A stretch of DNA of 64,000 nt from Candidatus Eiseniibacteriota bacterium (GCA_963703225.1 OY969801.1:2400001-2464000); one strand, 5' to 3'; numbered from the stretch's first letter, positions 8,959 to 19,583 are shown. Numbers and translations are program-made. The notes: generated by a model from the letters alone, not told the origin.

Positions 8959-9852
8959 CTAGTTCCGGCAGGACGCCCCGGTCGCCCAGCACGTATGGCA
9001 GGCGCCGTAAGCGAGCGGGAACGAGCGCAACGTTTCGCGGAGCGTCTGCCCCATCCGCGCCGCGGGCGTGTCGATCAGGATCGGGCAGACGAAGACGCCG
9101 CGGCTCGTGACCATCCTGCTGCTCGAGCATTGGAGAATCCAGGGATCGAACCCCACCATGTGCTCTCGGGTGAGCCGCTCCTCCGGTGAGTAGCCCCGGG
9201 TGCGCGTCGCTTCGCGTCCGATCCGAAAGAGCGGGAGGATCTTCACTCTCGGTCGGTCGAGACCGATCCCCCTCAAGAACGAGTGAAACTTCTCGCGCAG
9301 CGCGCGGTCCTCCTGGTCGCTCCACGTCTGGGTGGCGGTGATGATCGGGTTGATCCCGGCCCTCGCCAATTCACCGATCCCGAGCAACGTCGCCTCGAAG
9401 GAACCCTCGCCCCGGATCGGATCGTTGGTCTCGGATGTGAGCCCGTCGAGGCTGACGCGCGCCTCGAGCGAGTAGCGGCTCCCCGACGCGAGCCCCGCCA
9501 GCTCACTCGCGCGCGATGCCGTGATCAGGGTGGCGTTCGTCAGCACGGTGGCCGGCCCAACTCGAAGGGAGTCTTCCAAAATCCCGAGGAGGTCCCGGTT
9601 CAAGAACGGCTCCCCGCCGGTGAAATAGAAGTCCTTCACGCCCAGCCCTTCCGCCTCGTCCAGGTACCCGCGCACTTCCGCGCGGGTCATGATTTCGTGG
9701 TCGTGGTTGGTCGGCCCGGACGAGATAAAGCAGTGCGAGCAGGAGAGGTTGCAGAGGCTGCCCGCGACCTGAAACCAGACGGTATCGAGCGAGAGGAGCG
9801 AAACGTGCGGGACCGACGGGGCGCGCAGATCGAGGGAGACCGCCGGCGTCAT
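8959..9852 (-). CDS. Radical SAM protein with C-terminal Cys-rich domain (ArsS-like)
   Basis: CNLSCSHC (CxxxCxxC), FTGGEPF, LTNA, VSLDG; C-terminal QC...VCPIL...CHTC...SC. Confidence 0.92.
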   Translation of the reverse strand: MTPAVSLDLRAPSVPHVSLLSLDTVWFQVAGSLCNLSCSHCFISSGPTNHDHEIMTRAEVRGYLDEAEGLGVKDFYFTGGEPFLNRDLLGILEDSLRVGPATVLTNATLITASRASELAGLASGSRYSLEARVSLDGLTSETNDPIRGEGSFEATLLGIGELARAGINPIITATQTWSDQEDRALREKFHSFLRGIGLDRPRVKILPLFRIGREATRTRGYSPEERLTREHMVGFDPWILQCSSSRMVTSRGVFVCPILIDTPAARMGQTLRETLRSFPLAYGACHTCWATGASCRN

Positions 9853-9863
9853 GGCGGCGCCGC

Positions 9864-10349
9864 CTAGCGTTCGAGGGTGCCGGGAAGGGTCTCGGTGAAC
9901 CAGTGGATTCCGCTTTGGATGGCGTGCCGCTGCGCCCGGAACCACTCGTAATGCTGATACTCGTCATCGGCGAGCTGCTGATAGGCGCTTCGGGCCGCCT
10001 CATCCGGCGCGCCCTCCGCCAGTTTCTTGTACTTGGCGACGGCCTCCAGCTCCTGCTCCATCGCCATCCCCAACACCTCGACCGCCGTGGCGTTGGTGGT
10101 GGGAATCGGCGCGTGCTCGTGGGGCAGCTTGGTGGGCTCAAAGCGGAACCGTTTGCCGGTCAGGACTTTCCACCGCTCCTCGAGAATCTCGCGGTGGCGA
10201 AACTCCTCGAGCGCCAGGTGGCGGAACTGCTCCTTGCCCGATGGATCGCGGATCACGTCGACCATCTTGAGGTAGTAGTCATGGGAGGACTGCTCGTCGT
10301 AGATGGCGTCCTCGATGATCTCGAGCACCTTGGGCGGGGCGGACATCAT
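9864..10349 (-). CDS. Ferritin-like / rubrerythrin-family diiron protein
   Basis: Duplicated E...EExxH and E...DExxH ligand pattern (AIYDE, LALEEFRH, AMEQE, LADDEYQH); no rubredoxin domain. Confidence 0.85.
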   Translation of the reverse strand: MMSAPPKVLEIIEDAIYDEQSSHDYYLKMVDVIRDPSGKEQFRHLALEEFRHREILEERWKVLTGKRFRFEPTKLPHEHAPIPTTNATAVEVLGMAMEQELEAVAKYKKLAEGAPDEAARSAYQQLADDEYQHYEWFRAQRHAIQSGIHWFTETLPGTLER

Positions 10350-10357
10350 AGACAGCG

Positions 10358-10386
10358 AGGGTATGCTATTCTGCCCTGCCCTTCAA
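10358..10386 (-). promoter_or_regulatory. Putative sigma-70 promoter of the ferritin-like/radical SAM operon (near-leaderless)
   Basis: TTGAAG-N17-TACCCT, 8 nt before ATG 10349. Confidence 0.45.
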
Positions 10387-10417
10387 CGCCCCTTTCCACC
10401 CCGAGGGATCCAAGACC

Positions 10418-11431
10418 TTGATTTGGGACGTGATCATCATCGGCGCAGGGCCCGCCGGGCTCTCGGCCGCGCTCTTTACGCGCATGCGCCGAATGTCGAC
10501 GCTCCTCCTGGAAACGGCCGTCGCGGGCGGCCAGCTTGCCTCCCTCTATCCCAAGAAGCCGGTTCACGACTACCCCTCCTACTCGTACGTCATGGGTGAG
10601 GATCTGGGAAAAAACTTCGTGGACCAGGCCCACCACATGGGTGCCCAGATCCAGGCGGGCGAGCACGTCACCATGATCGCGCGGGACGAAGAAGCGAATC
10701 TGATCCGCGTCACGTCGGCCAAGGGTGCTTACGAAGCAAGGAGCGTCATCGTCGCGACGGGGGGCGGCGCCTTCGAGCCGCGCAAGATCAACAAGCCTGG
10801 GGAAGCCGAGCTGCGCGGGAAGGGAGTTTTCTACGGGATGCCGGACGTCGAGGAATGCCGCGGAAAACGGGTGCTCGTGATCGGCGGCGGGGACAGCGCC
10901 CTGGAGTCCGCTCTCTCCATCAAGGAAACGGCCGCCGATGTCGTCCTGATCCACATGTTGGACAAGTGGCAGGGGATGGACAGCTACGTGGAGGACGTGC
11001 AGCAATCCAAAATCCGGGCGATGCTCGAAACGGAAACGGTCGAGATCAAGGGCGCGGACAAGGTCGAATCGGTGGTCGTGAAGAACAAGAAGACCGGCGC
11101 CGCGGAGGAAATCCCCGTCGACGTCGTCGCGATCAACATCGGCTATCTCATGGATACCAAGATCGTCCGCCAGTGGGGTCTCACTCTGGAAGGAAATCAG
11201 ATCCAGGTCGACAACGTGATGAACACGAACGTGAAGGGTGTCTACTCCTGCGGCGATATCGCGACCTACCCCGGAAAATACAAGCTCCTGATCACCGCCT
11301 GCAGCGAGGGGGCGGCCGCGGCCAACACCGCCTACATCTACGTGAAGCAGCCGAAGAAGTTTACCGTGGGGGAGCTCTACGCGGCCCCCAAGGAAGAGGG
11401 CGATACCCAGCCAAAGACGCCCGTGCCCTGA
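10418..11431 (+). CDS. TrxR-type ferredoxin/flavodoxin-NAD(P)+ reductase (YumC-like)
   Basis: GAGPAG, GGQL..LYPKK...DYP, GGGDSA, GDIATYPGK.KLI; lacks the TrxR CxxC. Confidence 0.82.
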   Translation: MIWDVIIIGAGPAGLSAALFTRMRRMSTLLLETAVAGGQLASLYPKKPVHDYPSYSYVMGEDLGKNFVDQAHHMGAQIQAGEHVTMIARDEEANLIRVTSAKGAYEARSVIVATGGGAFEPRKINKPGEAELRGKGVFYGMPDVEECRGKRVLVIGGGDSALESALSIKETAADVVLIHMLDKWQGMDSYVEDVQQSKIRAMLETETVEIKGADKVESVVVKNKKTGAAEEIPVDVVAINIGYLMDTKIVRQWGLTLEGNQIQVDNVMNTNVKGVYSCGDIATYPGKYKLLITACSEGAAAANTAYIYVKQPKKFTVGELYAAPKEEGDTQPKTPVP

Positions 11432-11473
11432 CTAGGGCCGCGGAACGACGTGGCCGGACCCGCGCGGCCCGGG

Positions 11474-12820
11474 CTACGTTCCGGCGATGGTGAGCTCCTT
11501 GAAGCGAAGGCTGGGCGAGGCGATATTGTTGCGGAAATCGAGGTCCTTCCCGACCGAATCGACCCCCATCAGCATGTCGTCGAGCTTGCCGGCGACCGTG
11601 ACCCCTTCCACGGGCTGGGTGAGCTTCCCCCCCTCGATCCAGAACCCCTCGACCTGCTGCGAGTACTCCCCGGCGGCGAGATCGAATCCGAATCCCGCGG
11701 TGCCCGTGACGTAGAGGCCGCGCGACACCTCCTGGATCATGTTGTCGGGCTTGGCTGAGCCGCGGTCGATGTAGAAATTCGTGGCGCCCACCGCCGGGAG
11801 TGAGTCATAGCCGCGGATGGCGTTCCCGGTCGGCTGAACGTTATCGCGTCGGGCGGTCGCCGTCGTGTGCAGGAACCGCACCAGGACGCCTTGGTCCACG
11901 ACGATCGTTCGCCGCGTCTGCGCCCCTTCCCCGTCGAAGGGGCGGGAGCCGAGGCCCCGGCGCATGATTCCATCGTCCACGATCGTGACCAGAGGCGACG
12001 CGATTTGCTGTCCCTTCCGTCCTGCCAGGAAGGAGCGCTGCTCCATGACGTTCAGGCCGTTGAAGGCGCCGAGGAGACCGCCCACAAACGCCCCAGCCGC
12101 CTCCGCCTCGAAGATCACCGGGGCCTTGGTCGAGGGAACCGGCTTGGCGCCGAGTTTGGCGACCGCCCGCTCGGCGGCCTTCCGGCCGATCCGCTCGGGA
12201 GTGACCAGGTCCAGATAGACCCGTTTCCGATCGGAGTATTCCCCTTCGCGCTTCTTGCCGCCTTCCGTCGCCACGGCCGTGCAGGAGCGCCAGCAGTTGG
12301 TCGACTGGAAGAATTGATAGGGGATGAACGTGTTCGTGAAATGAACCTCGCCGATCGCGTATCCGGCTCGAGTGTCCTGGGTCGTTTCGACTCGCTTGTC
12401 CTGGGCGATCGCGTTCTCCTCCAACGTCCGCGCCAGCGGGATCAGCTCCTCCGGCTTCATCGCGGCGATCGTGTCGTCGTAGATCTCCAGGTTTCCCTGA
12501 GGCGGAAAGATCTGATCGGGGAGCTTGTTCTCGTCCCGAGGGGTCGCTTCGCCGGCCATCGCGATCGTCCGGAGCACCAGCTCGTCCACGACGGTGCGGC
12601 GGAGATCGGTGGTGTAGAGAAATCCCATCTTTCGATCGCGGAGGACGCGGAGGCCGAGCCCGGTGATCGCCGATTGCTGGATCAGCTCCACCTCACGGTC
12701 GCGGACGCGAACCTCCGCGATCGTGATGAACTCGAAGTAGGTCTCCGCCTCGGCCGCGCCGGAGCGCTCGGCGAGGATCCGGACCCGCTCGATCTCCTCT
12801 TTGATTTTCGGTCGTTCCAT
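11474..12820 (-). CDS. pmbA: TldE/PmbA family protein
   Basis: MERPKIK start at 12820; GSRPFDGEG, TGNA.R, GEYS, G.TVAG.L, SPSL motifs; no HExxH. Confidence 0.88.
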   Translation of the reverse strand: MERPKIKEEIERVRILAERSGAAEAETYFEFITIAEVRVRDREVELIQQSAITGLGLRVLRDRKMGFLYTTDLRRTVVDELVLRTIAMAGEATPRDENKLPDQIFPPQGNLEIYDDTIAAMKPEELIPLARTLEENAIAQDKRVETTQDTRAGYAIGEVHFTNTFIPYQFFQSTNCWRSCTAVATEGGKKREGEYSDRKRVYLDLVTPERIGRKAAERAVAKLGAKPVPSTKAPVIFEAEAAGAFVGGLLGAFNGLNVMEQRSFLAGRKGQQIASPLVTIVDDGIMRRGLGSRPFDGEGAQTRRTIVVDQGVLVRFLHTTATARRDNVQPTGNAIRGYDSLPAVGATNFYIDRGSAKPDNMIQEVSRGLYVTGTAGFGFDLAAGEYSQQVEGFWIEGGKLTQPVEGVTVAGKLDDMLMGVDSVGKDLDFRNNIASPSLRFKELTIAGT

Positions 12821-12822
12821 AG

Positions 12823-14379
12823 CTAGATCGCCGTCCCCCCCACGGTGATCGAGGAAAAGCGGACCGTCGGTTGCCCCACCCCGACCGGGACCAGCTGTCC
12901 ATCCTTGCCGCACGTGCCGCGGCTCTGCTCGACGACCAGGTCGCGGCCGATGCCCTCGATCCGGTTCATGGTCTCGAGGGAGTTGCCGATCAAGACGGCC
13001 CCGCGCACCGGCTGGGTGAGCTGGCCGTTCTCGATCAGGTAGCCCAGCCGGACGGCGAAATTGAAGTTGCCGCTCGTCGTGTCCACCGACCCGCCGCGCC
13101 ATCTCGGCGGCGTAGAAGCCCTTCGTGATGCCGCTCAGGAGCGACGCCGGGTCGCTCGTGCCGGCGTCGATGTACGTGTTGCTCATTCGCGGGATGGGAC
13201 GGTGGCGGTAGGACATCCGCCGCCCGTTTCCGGTCGAGCGCATGGAGAGAAGCGACCCGCTCTGGCGGTCGAGGAGATAGGACTGCAGGACGCCGCCGTC
13301 GATCAGGACGGTCTTCTGCCCCAGCGTCGCTTCGTCGTCGACCGCGAAGGAGCCCCGGCCGTTGGGCCAACCCGCGTCGTCGACGACCCGAAGGAGCGGA
13401 GAGGCAATCTTGGTCCCGATCTTGCCGCTCAAGAGCGACGTGTTGCGGCTGATGCCGTCTCCTTCGGAGGCGTGCCCGAACGACTCGTGGATCAGGACGC
13501 CGCCCCACCCCGGCGCGATGACGACCGGCATCGCGCCCGCCGGCGCCGGTCCGGCGCCCAGGAGCGTGATCGCCTGTCGTGCCGCGTCGCGAGCCACGGA
13601 TTCGGGATCGTGCTGCTGGAAGTAGCCCTGATCCACCCGGCCGCCGAGCGAAGCGAACCCGTTCCGGCGGGTGGAGCCCTGCACGGCTGTGGGAGCGCAA
13701 ACGATCGAGACGAGGTACTGGCGGTCGAGGACGTACGCGCCGTCCGACGTGCCGCAGAGGAGTGTCCCGGGTCTCGTCCACGTACTCGATCCGCACCGAA
13801 GCGATCCGCGGGTCGACGCCCGCGCCGCGGCGTCCATACGCCGGAGCAGGTTGAACTTGATCTGCTCCGACCATCATCGGGAGCGGGAGCGGCGAGCGGG
13901 AACGGCGGAGGCGCGTTTCGGGGCGTCACGTCCAGTGGGCGCACCGGGCTCTGATTCTGGACGACGCTCGAGGCGACGCGCGCCGCGTCGAGGAGATCGT
14001 TGTACGCGATCTCGTCCGAGAACGCGTAGCCCGGTCTGCTTCCGCCGGAGGACCCGCACGCCGGCGCCGCGCGGATAGCCGTAGGTGACGGAGTCGATCT
14101 TGCTGTCGTCGAGAACGATCGTGGTGCGGAACCGCTGCTCGGCGAAGACGTCGGCGAAGTCGCCGCCCCGCCGCAGCGCCTCGATCAGGATCTGGTTGAC
14201 CGTTTCGAGATTCAGGACGTCGCGGAGCTCCTGGCCGATCCCCATGATCGCGGCCTCCGCTTCGCTCGCGCCGCCGATCCATGGGAGGCCCGACGTGGCT
14301 GCCCGCCGAGGATCGCCGTGGAGAGGAGCGCGCCATTCTTCAGGAAGTCGCGCCGGGAAATCGGATTCTCGAGACCCAT
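12823..14379 (-). CDS. tldD: TldD metalloprotease with twin-arginine signal peptide; multiple frameshifts
   Basis: Pieces in different frames: SRRDFLK Tat motif; ALRRGGDFADVFAE; HESFGH..EGD; STGNGRR..Y...PIPRMSNT; GTCGKDGQ.VPVGVGQPT. Confidence 0.85.
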
Positions 14380-14450
14380 GAGATGCAGGTTGGCAGAATC
14401 GGCGCTCTGGTTGCAAGAGGCCGGTGTCAATGCTACGGTTAGCGGTGCGC

Positions 14451-14881
14451 ATGGAGCGGATCCGGAGCAAGATCTTCTCGGTCGAAGAGGCGAACGAGCT
14501 CATCCCCTACCTGGAGCGCTCCCTCACGGAGCTGACGTCACTGGGGCGGGAGATCACCGGATTTCCGCAGGGAGATCGAGGTCCTCGCCGCGATCGAAAG
14601 CGCCGGCGCCAGCCCCGTCGAGCCCGGACGTGCGCGCCTTCCGGGAAATGGAGACAGGCCTACACGGCGCGCCTGGAGCGCTTCCGCGCAGTCGCTCACC
14701 GAAGTCTCGCAACACGGCTGCGTCATCCGCGATCTCGAGCTGGGCCTCGTTGACTTCTACACGATGTCACGCGGGCAGGTCGTCTGCCTCTGCTGGCGCC
14801 GCGGCGAGATCGCGCATCGAGCACTGGCACCCGATCGACGAAGGCTTCTCCGGCCGCCGCCCCCTCGAGGATCTGGCGTAG
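14451..14881 (+). CDS. DUF2203 family protein, frameshifted
   Basis: KIFSVEEANELIP at N-term; DLELGLVDF, LCWRRGE, HWHPIDEGFSGRRPL at C-term across frames. Confidence 0.78.
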
Positions 14882-14920
14882 CCCAAGGGCGTCGGGCGCG
14901 GGCCCTCAGGAGAGGAGTGG

Positions 14921-15559
14921 ATGAGCAAACCGTTCGCGATCACCCATCCGCGCATCAATCGGTACCTCTTCGAAATCCAGCATCGCCGCCACCCCATCCT
15001 CCGGCCCATGGAGGCTTACGCCGAACGCCACGGATTCCCGATCATCGGGCCGCTTGTCGGGCGGGTGCTCTACCAGCTCACGCTGGCGATTCGGGCGCGG
15101 CGCGTCTTCGAGCTGGGGTCGGGGTACGGCTACACCGCCGTCTGGTTCGCGCAGGCGGTGGGCCCCCGCGGGAGGGTCGTGATGACGGAGGGAGATCCAC
15201 GTAACTCGCGGCTCGCGATGCGGTACCTGACGCGGGCGCGGCTGGCCTCCCGAGTCACGCCGCTCGTGGGAGACGCGCTCACCCATCTCGCCCGGGAGCG
15301 CGGCACCTTCGACATCATCCTGAACGACATCGACAAATGGCAGTATCCGGAGGTCCTCCCTCTCGCGCGAAAGAAGCTGCGCCGAGGTGGCCTCTTGATT
15401 ACCGACAACATGCTCTGGAGCGGGAAGGTGCTCCGGAAGGGCGGAGACCGGAATACCCGCGGCGTCCAGGATCTGACCCGCCTCCTCTTCCAGGCCCCGG
15501 ACTTCGTCACGACCCTTCTGCCGATCCGGGACGGCGTCACCGTCAGCCTCAAGCTGTAG
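14921..15559 (+). CDS. O-methyltransferase (caffeoyl-CoA OMT/COMT-like)
   Basis: FELGSGYGY, FDII.NDIDK..Y, GGLLITDNMLWSG, RDGV. Confidence 0.88.
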   Translation: MSKPFAITHPRINRYLFEIQHRRHPILRPMEAYAERHGFPIIGPLVGRVLYQLTLAIRARRVFELGSGYGYTAVWFAQAVGPRGRVVMTEGDPRNSRLAMRYLTRARLASRVTPLVGDALTHLARERGTFDIILNDIDKWQYPEVLPLARKKLRRGGLLITDNMLWSGKVLRKGGDRNTRGVQDLTRLLFQAPDFVTTLLPIRDGVTVSLKL

Positions 15560-15566
15560 CAAGCCC

Positions 15567-17283
15567 GTGGACAAGCGCGACGTCGCCCGCACCCTCGAGG
15601 AAATCGCGGTTCTCCTGGAGCTCAAAGGGGCGAACCCCTTCAAGGTGCGCGCCTACGAGAACGCGGCCCGCGCCATCGACGGCTTTTCCCAGGACCTTGG
15701 CGCGGCCGTGGACGGGAGAACCCTCACCGAGGTCCAGGGAATCGGCGACTCCATCGCCCGAAACGTCTCCGAGCTCTGGAAGACCGGCCGGATGAAGTTC
15801 TACGAAGAGCTCGTCGACTCGACCCCGCCCGTATATCTCGACATGATCCGAATCCCCGGTCTTGGCGCGAAGCGGATCCGCGCGCTGGGGGAGGCCCTCG
15901 AGATCACGTCGCTCGCCACGTTGAAGCACGCCGCCGAGCAGGGGCGGATCCGCGAGCTCAAGGGCTTCGGCGAGCAATCGGAGAAGAAGATCCTCCAGGG
16001 GATCGCGCTGCTCGAGGCCGGCTCGGGCCGGCGCTTGGCCGGCGAGGTTCGTCCCTTCGCGGAGGAAATCGCCCACAAGCTGAAGAAGCTCTCCGCGGTG
16101 AAGCAGGTGGAGGTCGGGGGGAGTTTGCGGCGGTGGATGGAGACGGTGAAAGATGTCGATCTCTTGGTCGCGACGGACGATCCCGCCGCCGTGACCCAGG
16201 CGTTTCTCAAGTTCGTGCCCGACGCGAGCATCATCGCGAGCGGGGATACCAAGACCTCGGTGAGACTCGCGAGCGGGCTCGCCGTCGACCTGCGCCTCGT
16301 GACGCCCAAGGAATTCCCATTCGCGCTCCATTACTTCACGGGGAGCGTCGCGCACAACATCCGGGTCCGCGCGCGGGCGCTCGATCGAGGGTGGAGCCTC
16401 AACGAGTACGCGCTCTCCGGCAAGAAGCGGCACCCACCGATCGTAAGCGAGGCCGATCTCTTCAAGGTCCTGGGCCTCGCCTACATCGAGCCGGAGCTGC
16501 GCGAGGACCGGGGCGAAATCGAGGCCGCCGAGACGGATTCCCTCCCCGATCTGATCGAGCTCGACGATCTCCGGGGCATCCTCCACTGCCACACCACCTA
16601 CAGCGACGGGAAGTCGACCTTGGAGGAAATGGCCAAGGCGGCCGAAGCCTGGGGCGCGGAGTACCTCGGAATCTCGGACCACAGCGTTACGGCGCGCTAC
16701 GCGAACGGGCTTTCCGAAGCGGACTTGAAGCGTCAGCACGCGGAGATCGATCGCTGGAACGCGAAATCGAAGAAGCTCCGAATTCTAAAGGGGGCCGAGG
16801 TCGACATCCTCCCCGACGGGACCCTCGACTATCCCAACAAGGTGCTCGCCCGGCTCGATTTCGTCATCGCGTCGATCCACACGGTGTTCACGATGGGCGA
16901 AGCGGAAATGACCCAGCGGGTCGTTCGGGCTCTCCAAAACAAGCACGTCGGGATCCTGGCTCACCCGACCGGCCGCCTACTGCTTCAACGCGAGGGATTC
17001 AAGATTACCTTCGAAGAAATCTACAAGGTCGCGGCGGAAGAAGGCGTGGTGATCGAGGTGAACGCGAATCCACACCGGCTCGACCTCGACTGGCGGGAGC
17101 TTCGGGCGGCCAAGGAGCACAAGGTCAAGTTCGCGGTCAATCCGGACGCGCACGAGGCGGGCGGATACTCCGACCTCCGGTACGGGATCGGCGCGGCCCG
17201 GAAGGGTTGGCTCACCAAGAAAGACGTGATCAACTGCCTGACGGCCGAACAAGGCGATCGCAATCCTCCGGGCCCGCCGGTGA
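15567..17283 (+). CDS. polX: DNA polymerase X with PHP domain
   Basis: NPFKVRAY, HhH motifs, GSLRR...KDVDLL, VDLRL, YFTGS, PHP HCHT.YSDG/SDHS/HPTGR/NPDAH; a 1-nt indel near 17250 hides the likely ending EQAIAILRARR* (TGA 17281-17283). Confidence 0.92.
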
Positions 17284-18851
17284 GCCCTCGCAAGGCACCG
17301 TCCCGATCCCGGCCCCCGCGCCGCGGGGCGCCGCCCAGGCGTGCCGACGCCTCGGTCCAGATCTACCCGAACGATCCCGATGCCGCCGTCGGGCTGGTCC
17401 CGGCCACGCCGCTTCCCCGCTCCCTGGGCGACCCACCCTACGTGATCGAGGGGCGCCGCTACGCGCCCGCCCCGTACGCCCCCGGCACGCTCGCGTTTCA
17501 GTACTGGCAGGGGGAGGTCGCGCTCTCACGCACGATCCGCGTCTGGGAGGATCTCTTCGATCGCGATTTCTCCGCATGGCAGGGCGGGCCAACCGCTCCG
17601 GGTCCGGCTTCGCGCGGGCAAGGATCTGAATGCCTTTTACGACCGAAAGAGCCTCCAGTTCTTCTACGACGTCGACGAGAAGACCGGGCGCACCGTCTAC
17701 GCCGCGGAGAGCCTCGACGTGGTCGCGCACGAGACGGGGCACGCGGTCCTCGACGTCTACCAGCCCGGATTACTGGTCGAGCGTCGACCTGGAGACGGCC
17801 TCGTTTCACGAGGCCTTCGCCGACTGCTCCGCGCTCCTGACCACGCTCACCGACGGCGCGGTGCGGCGGGAGTTTCTGGAGGAGACCCGAAGGGCTCGCT
17901 TCGGAAGAGCAACCTCGTCTCCCGGCTGGCCGAGGCCCTCGGCCGCGCGCTTTACGACAACTACGGTCCAGGCTCGGTGAGCGATCCGACGCGGCTGCGC
18001 GACGCGAACAATTCTCTTCCGGTACGCCCCGCCGGACGAGCTGCCCTCGAGCGCGCCGGACGAGGCGCTCGCCGCCGAGCCCCACTCCTTCTCGCGCGTT
18101 TTCACCGGCGCGTTCTACGACACGCTGATCTGGCTCATCGCGCGGGAGATGAAGCGGGACCCGACCGAGGCCGGTCTGGAGCGGGCGCGGAGGCTCACGG
18201 GGCGTATCCTGGGGCGCGCGGTGGAGACGCTCCCGCCGGGCGAGGCTCGTTACGCTCGCCGTGGCCTCCCGGATGCGGGAAATCGACCAGTCGGAAGAGG
18301 GAGGCGTCGCTTCGATCGGGATCGAGGAGGGATTCGGACGCCACGGAATCAGGCTCCCGCCGCTCCAGGCCGCCGCGGCGCGATCGGTCCGGAGGGGCTA
18401 CCGAGCGCTCCGGTCCCTCGACCCCGATCGACCCGGCGGCAGCGCGGCGCTCCGCGCCGCCCTCGGGGTGGCGCGCGGCGCCCGCCTGGAGCGAACCTCC
18501 CTGCCCGCTCGCGTGGGTGGCGGAATCCGCGAGCAATTCATTCACCGCGACTCGCTCGTGGTTCGGCATCGCTCGCTCGGCCGCTTGAGCGGCGTGGTGG
18601 TTCGGATCCAGTGCGGATGCACGCTCACGAGGGGCCCTTCGGGGGACGTCGAGGGCGCTTCGCTCGCTCCGCACCCCCATCCCACCCCGGCCGAGGTGGC
18701 CCGGCAGCTCAAGCGCTGGATGGCGATGGACGCGATCGAGCTGCCCGGCGGGCGGCGCGCGGCGCCGCGGAGCAGCCGCGAGCTTTTTCGCGCACGCAAA
18801 CCATTCCGCGTGTCCCGATCGCGCGTCCTCGAGCGGGTCTATTTCGACTGA
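17280..18851 (+). CDS. Gluzincin (M4/M36-like) metallopeptidase, frameshifted
   Basis: GTG overlapping polX stop; across frames DLNAFYDR, VVAHETGHAVLD (HExxH), FHEAFAD, EPHSFSRVFTGAFYD; ends RVLERVYFD*. Confidence 0.72.
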
Positions 18852-18866
18852 GCCTCGGGCGCGCGT

Positions 18867-19583
18867 CTAGCCCGTCGTTTCTCCCGGTTTCAGTTCGAGC
18901 ACCACGATGTCCGACCGGTCCCGAAGTCGCTCCCGTAGCGCCGCGGGGGTTCCGGTCAGGGCCGGAAACGTCGAGTGGTGGATCGGCACGACGTATCGCG
19001 CGCCGATCATGCGGGCGGCCACCGAGGCCTCGACCGGGGACATGGTGTACAGATCTCCGATCGGAAGAACCGCGACCTGGGGCCTGTAGATCTCCCCGAT
19101 CAGCTTCATGTCGCTGTGCACTGTGGTGTCGCCCGCGTGGTAGACCCGCGCCCCTCCCTCGAATTCCAGGACGTAGCCGCACGCCTCCCCGCCCGGGTAG
19201 AACGTGTCCCCCTCGCGGATGCTGCTCGAATGGACTGCGTGCACCATGGTGATCTTGACGCCGTGGAGAATGAGGGTTCCCCCTTTGTTGATGCCGTGAA
19301 CCTTCTCGATCCCCTTCAACTCCAGATACTGGGAGATCTCAAAGTTGCAAACGACGTCGGGGTGATACTTCCGCGCCAATGCCAGGCAGTCGTCGAAATG
19401 GTCGAAGTGCCCGTGGGTGATGAGGAGGAGGTCGAGCGATTTCACGTTCTTGGCCGAATCCGGGCAGGCCGGGTTGTGTTCGACCCATGCATCGACCAGA
19501 ACCGAAGTGCCGGAGGGCGTGGTGTAGAGGACGGTCCCGTGGCCCATCCAGGTGATCGAAACGCCGAGGTCTCTCTTCATCAT
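18867..19583 (-). CDS. Metal-dependent hydrolase, metallo-beta-lactamase fold (UPF0173)
   Basis: ITWMGH, THGHFDH, AVHSSS, YHAGDT, LPIGD.YTM, PIHH.TFP. Confidence 0.9.
   Translation of the reverse strand: MMKRDLGVSITWMGHGTVLYTTPSGTSVLVDAWVEHNPACPDSAKNVKSLDLLLITHGHFDHFDDCLALARKYHPDVVCNFEISQYLELKGIEKVHGINKGGTLILHGVKITMVHAVHSSSIREGDTFYPGGEACGYVLEFEGGARVYHAGDTTVHSDMKLIGEIYRPQVAVLPIGDLYTMSPVEASVAARMIGARYVVPIHHSTFPALTGTPAALRERLRDRSDIVVLELKPGETTG

Noticed and set aside
11474..13837. Apparent TldD-PmbA fusion (787 aa)
   Set aside because: An indel near 13100 shifts TldD into the PmbA frame; the real TldD C-terminus and stop are at 12823-13086
15567..17840. Apparent PolX-peptidase fusion (757 aa)
   Set aside because: One extra base near 17250 bypasses the natural stop at 17281-17283, which overlaps the next GTG
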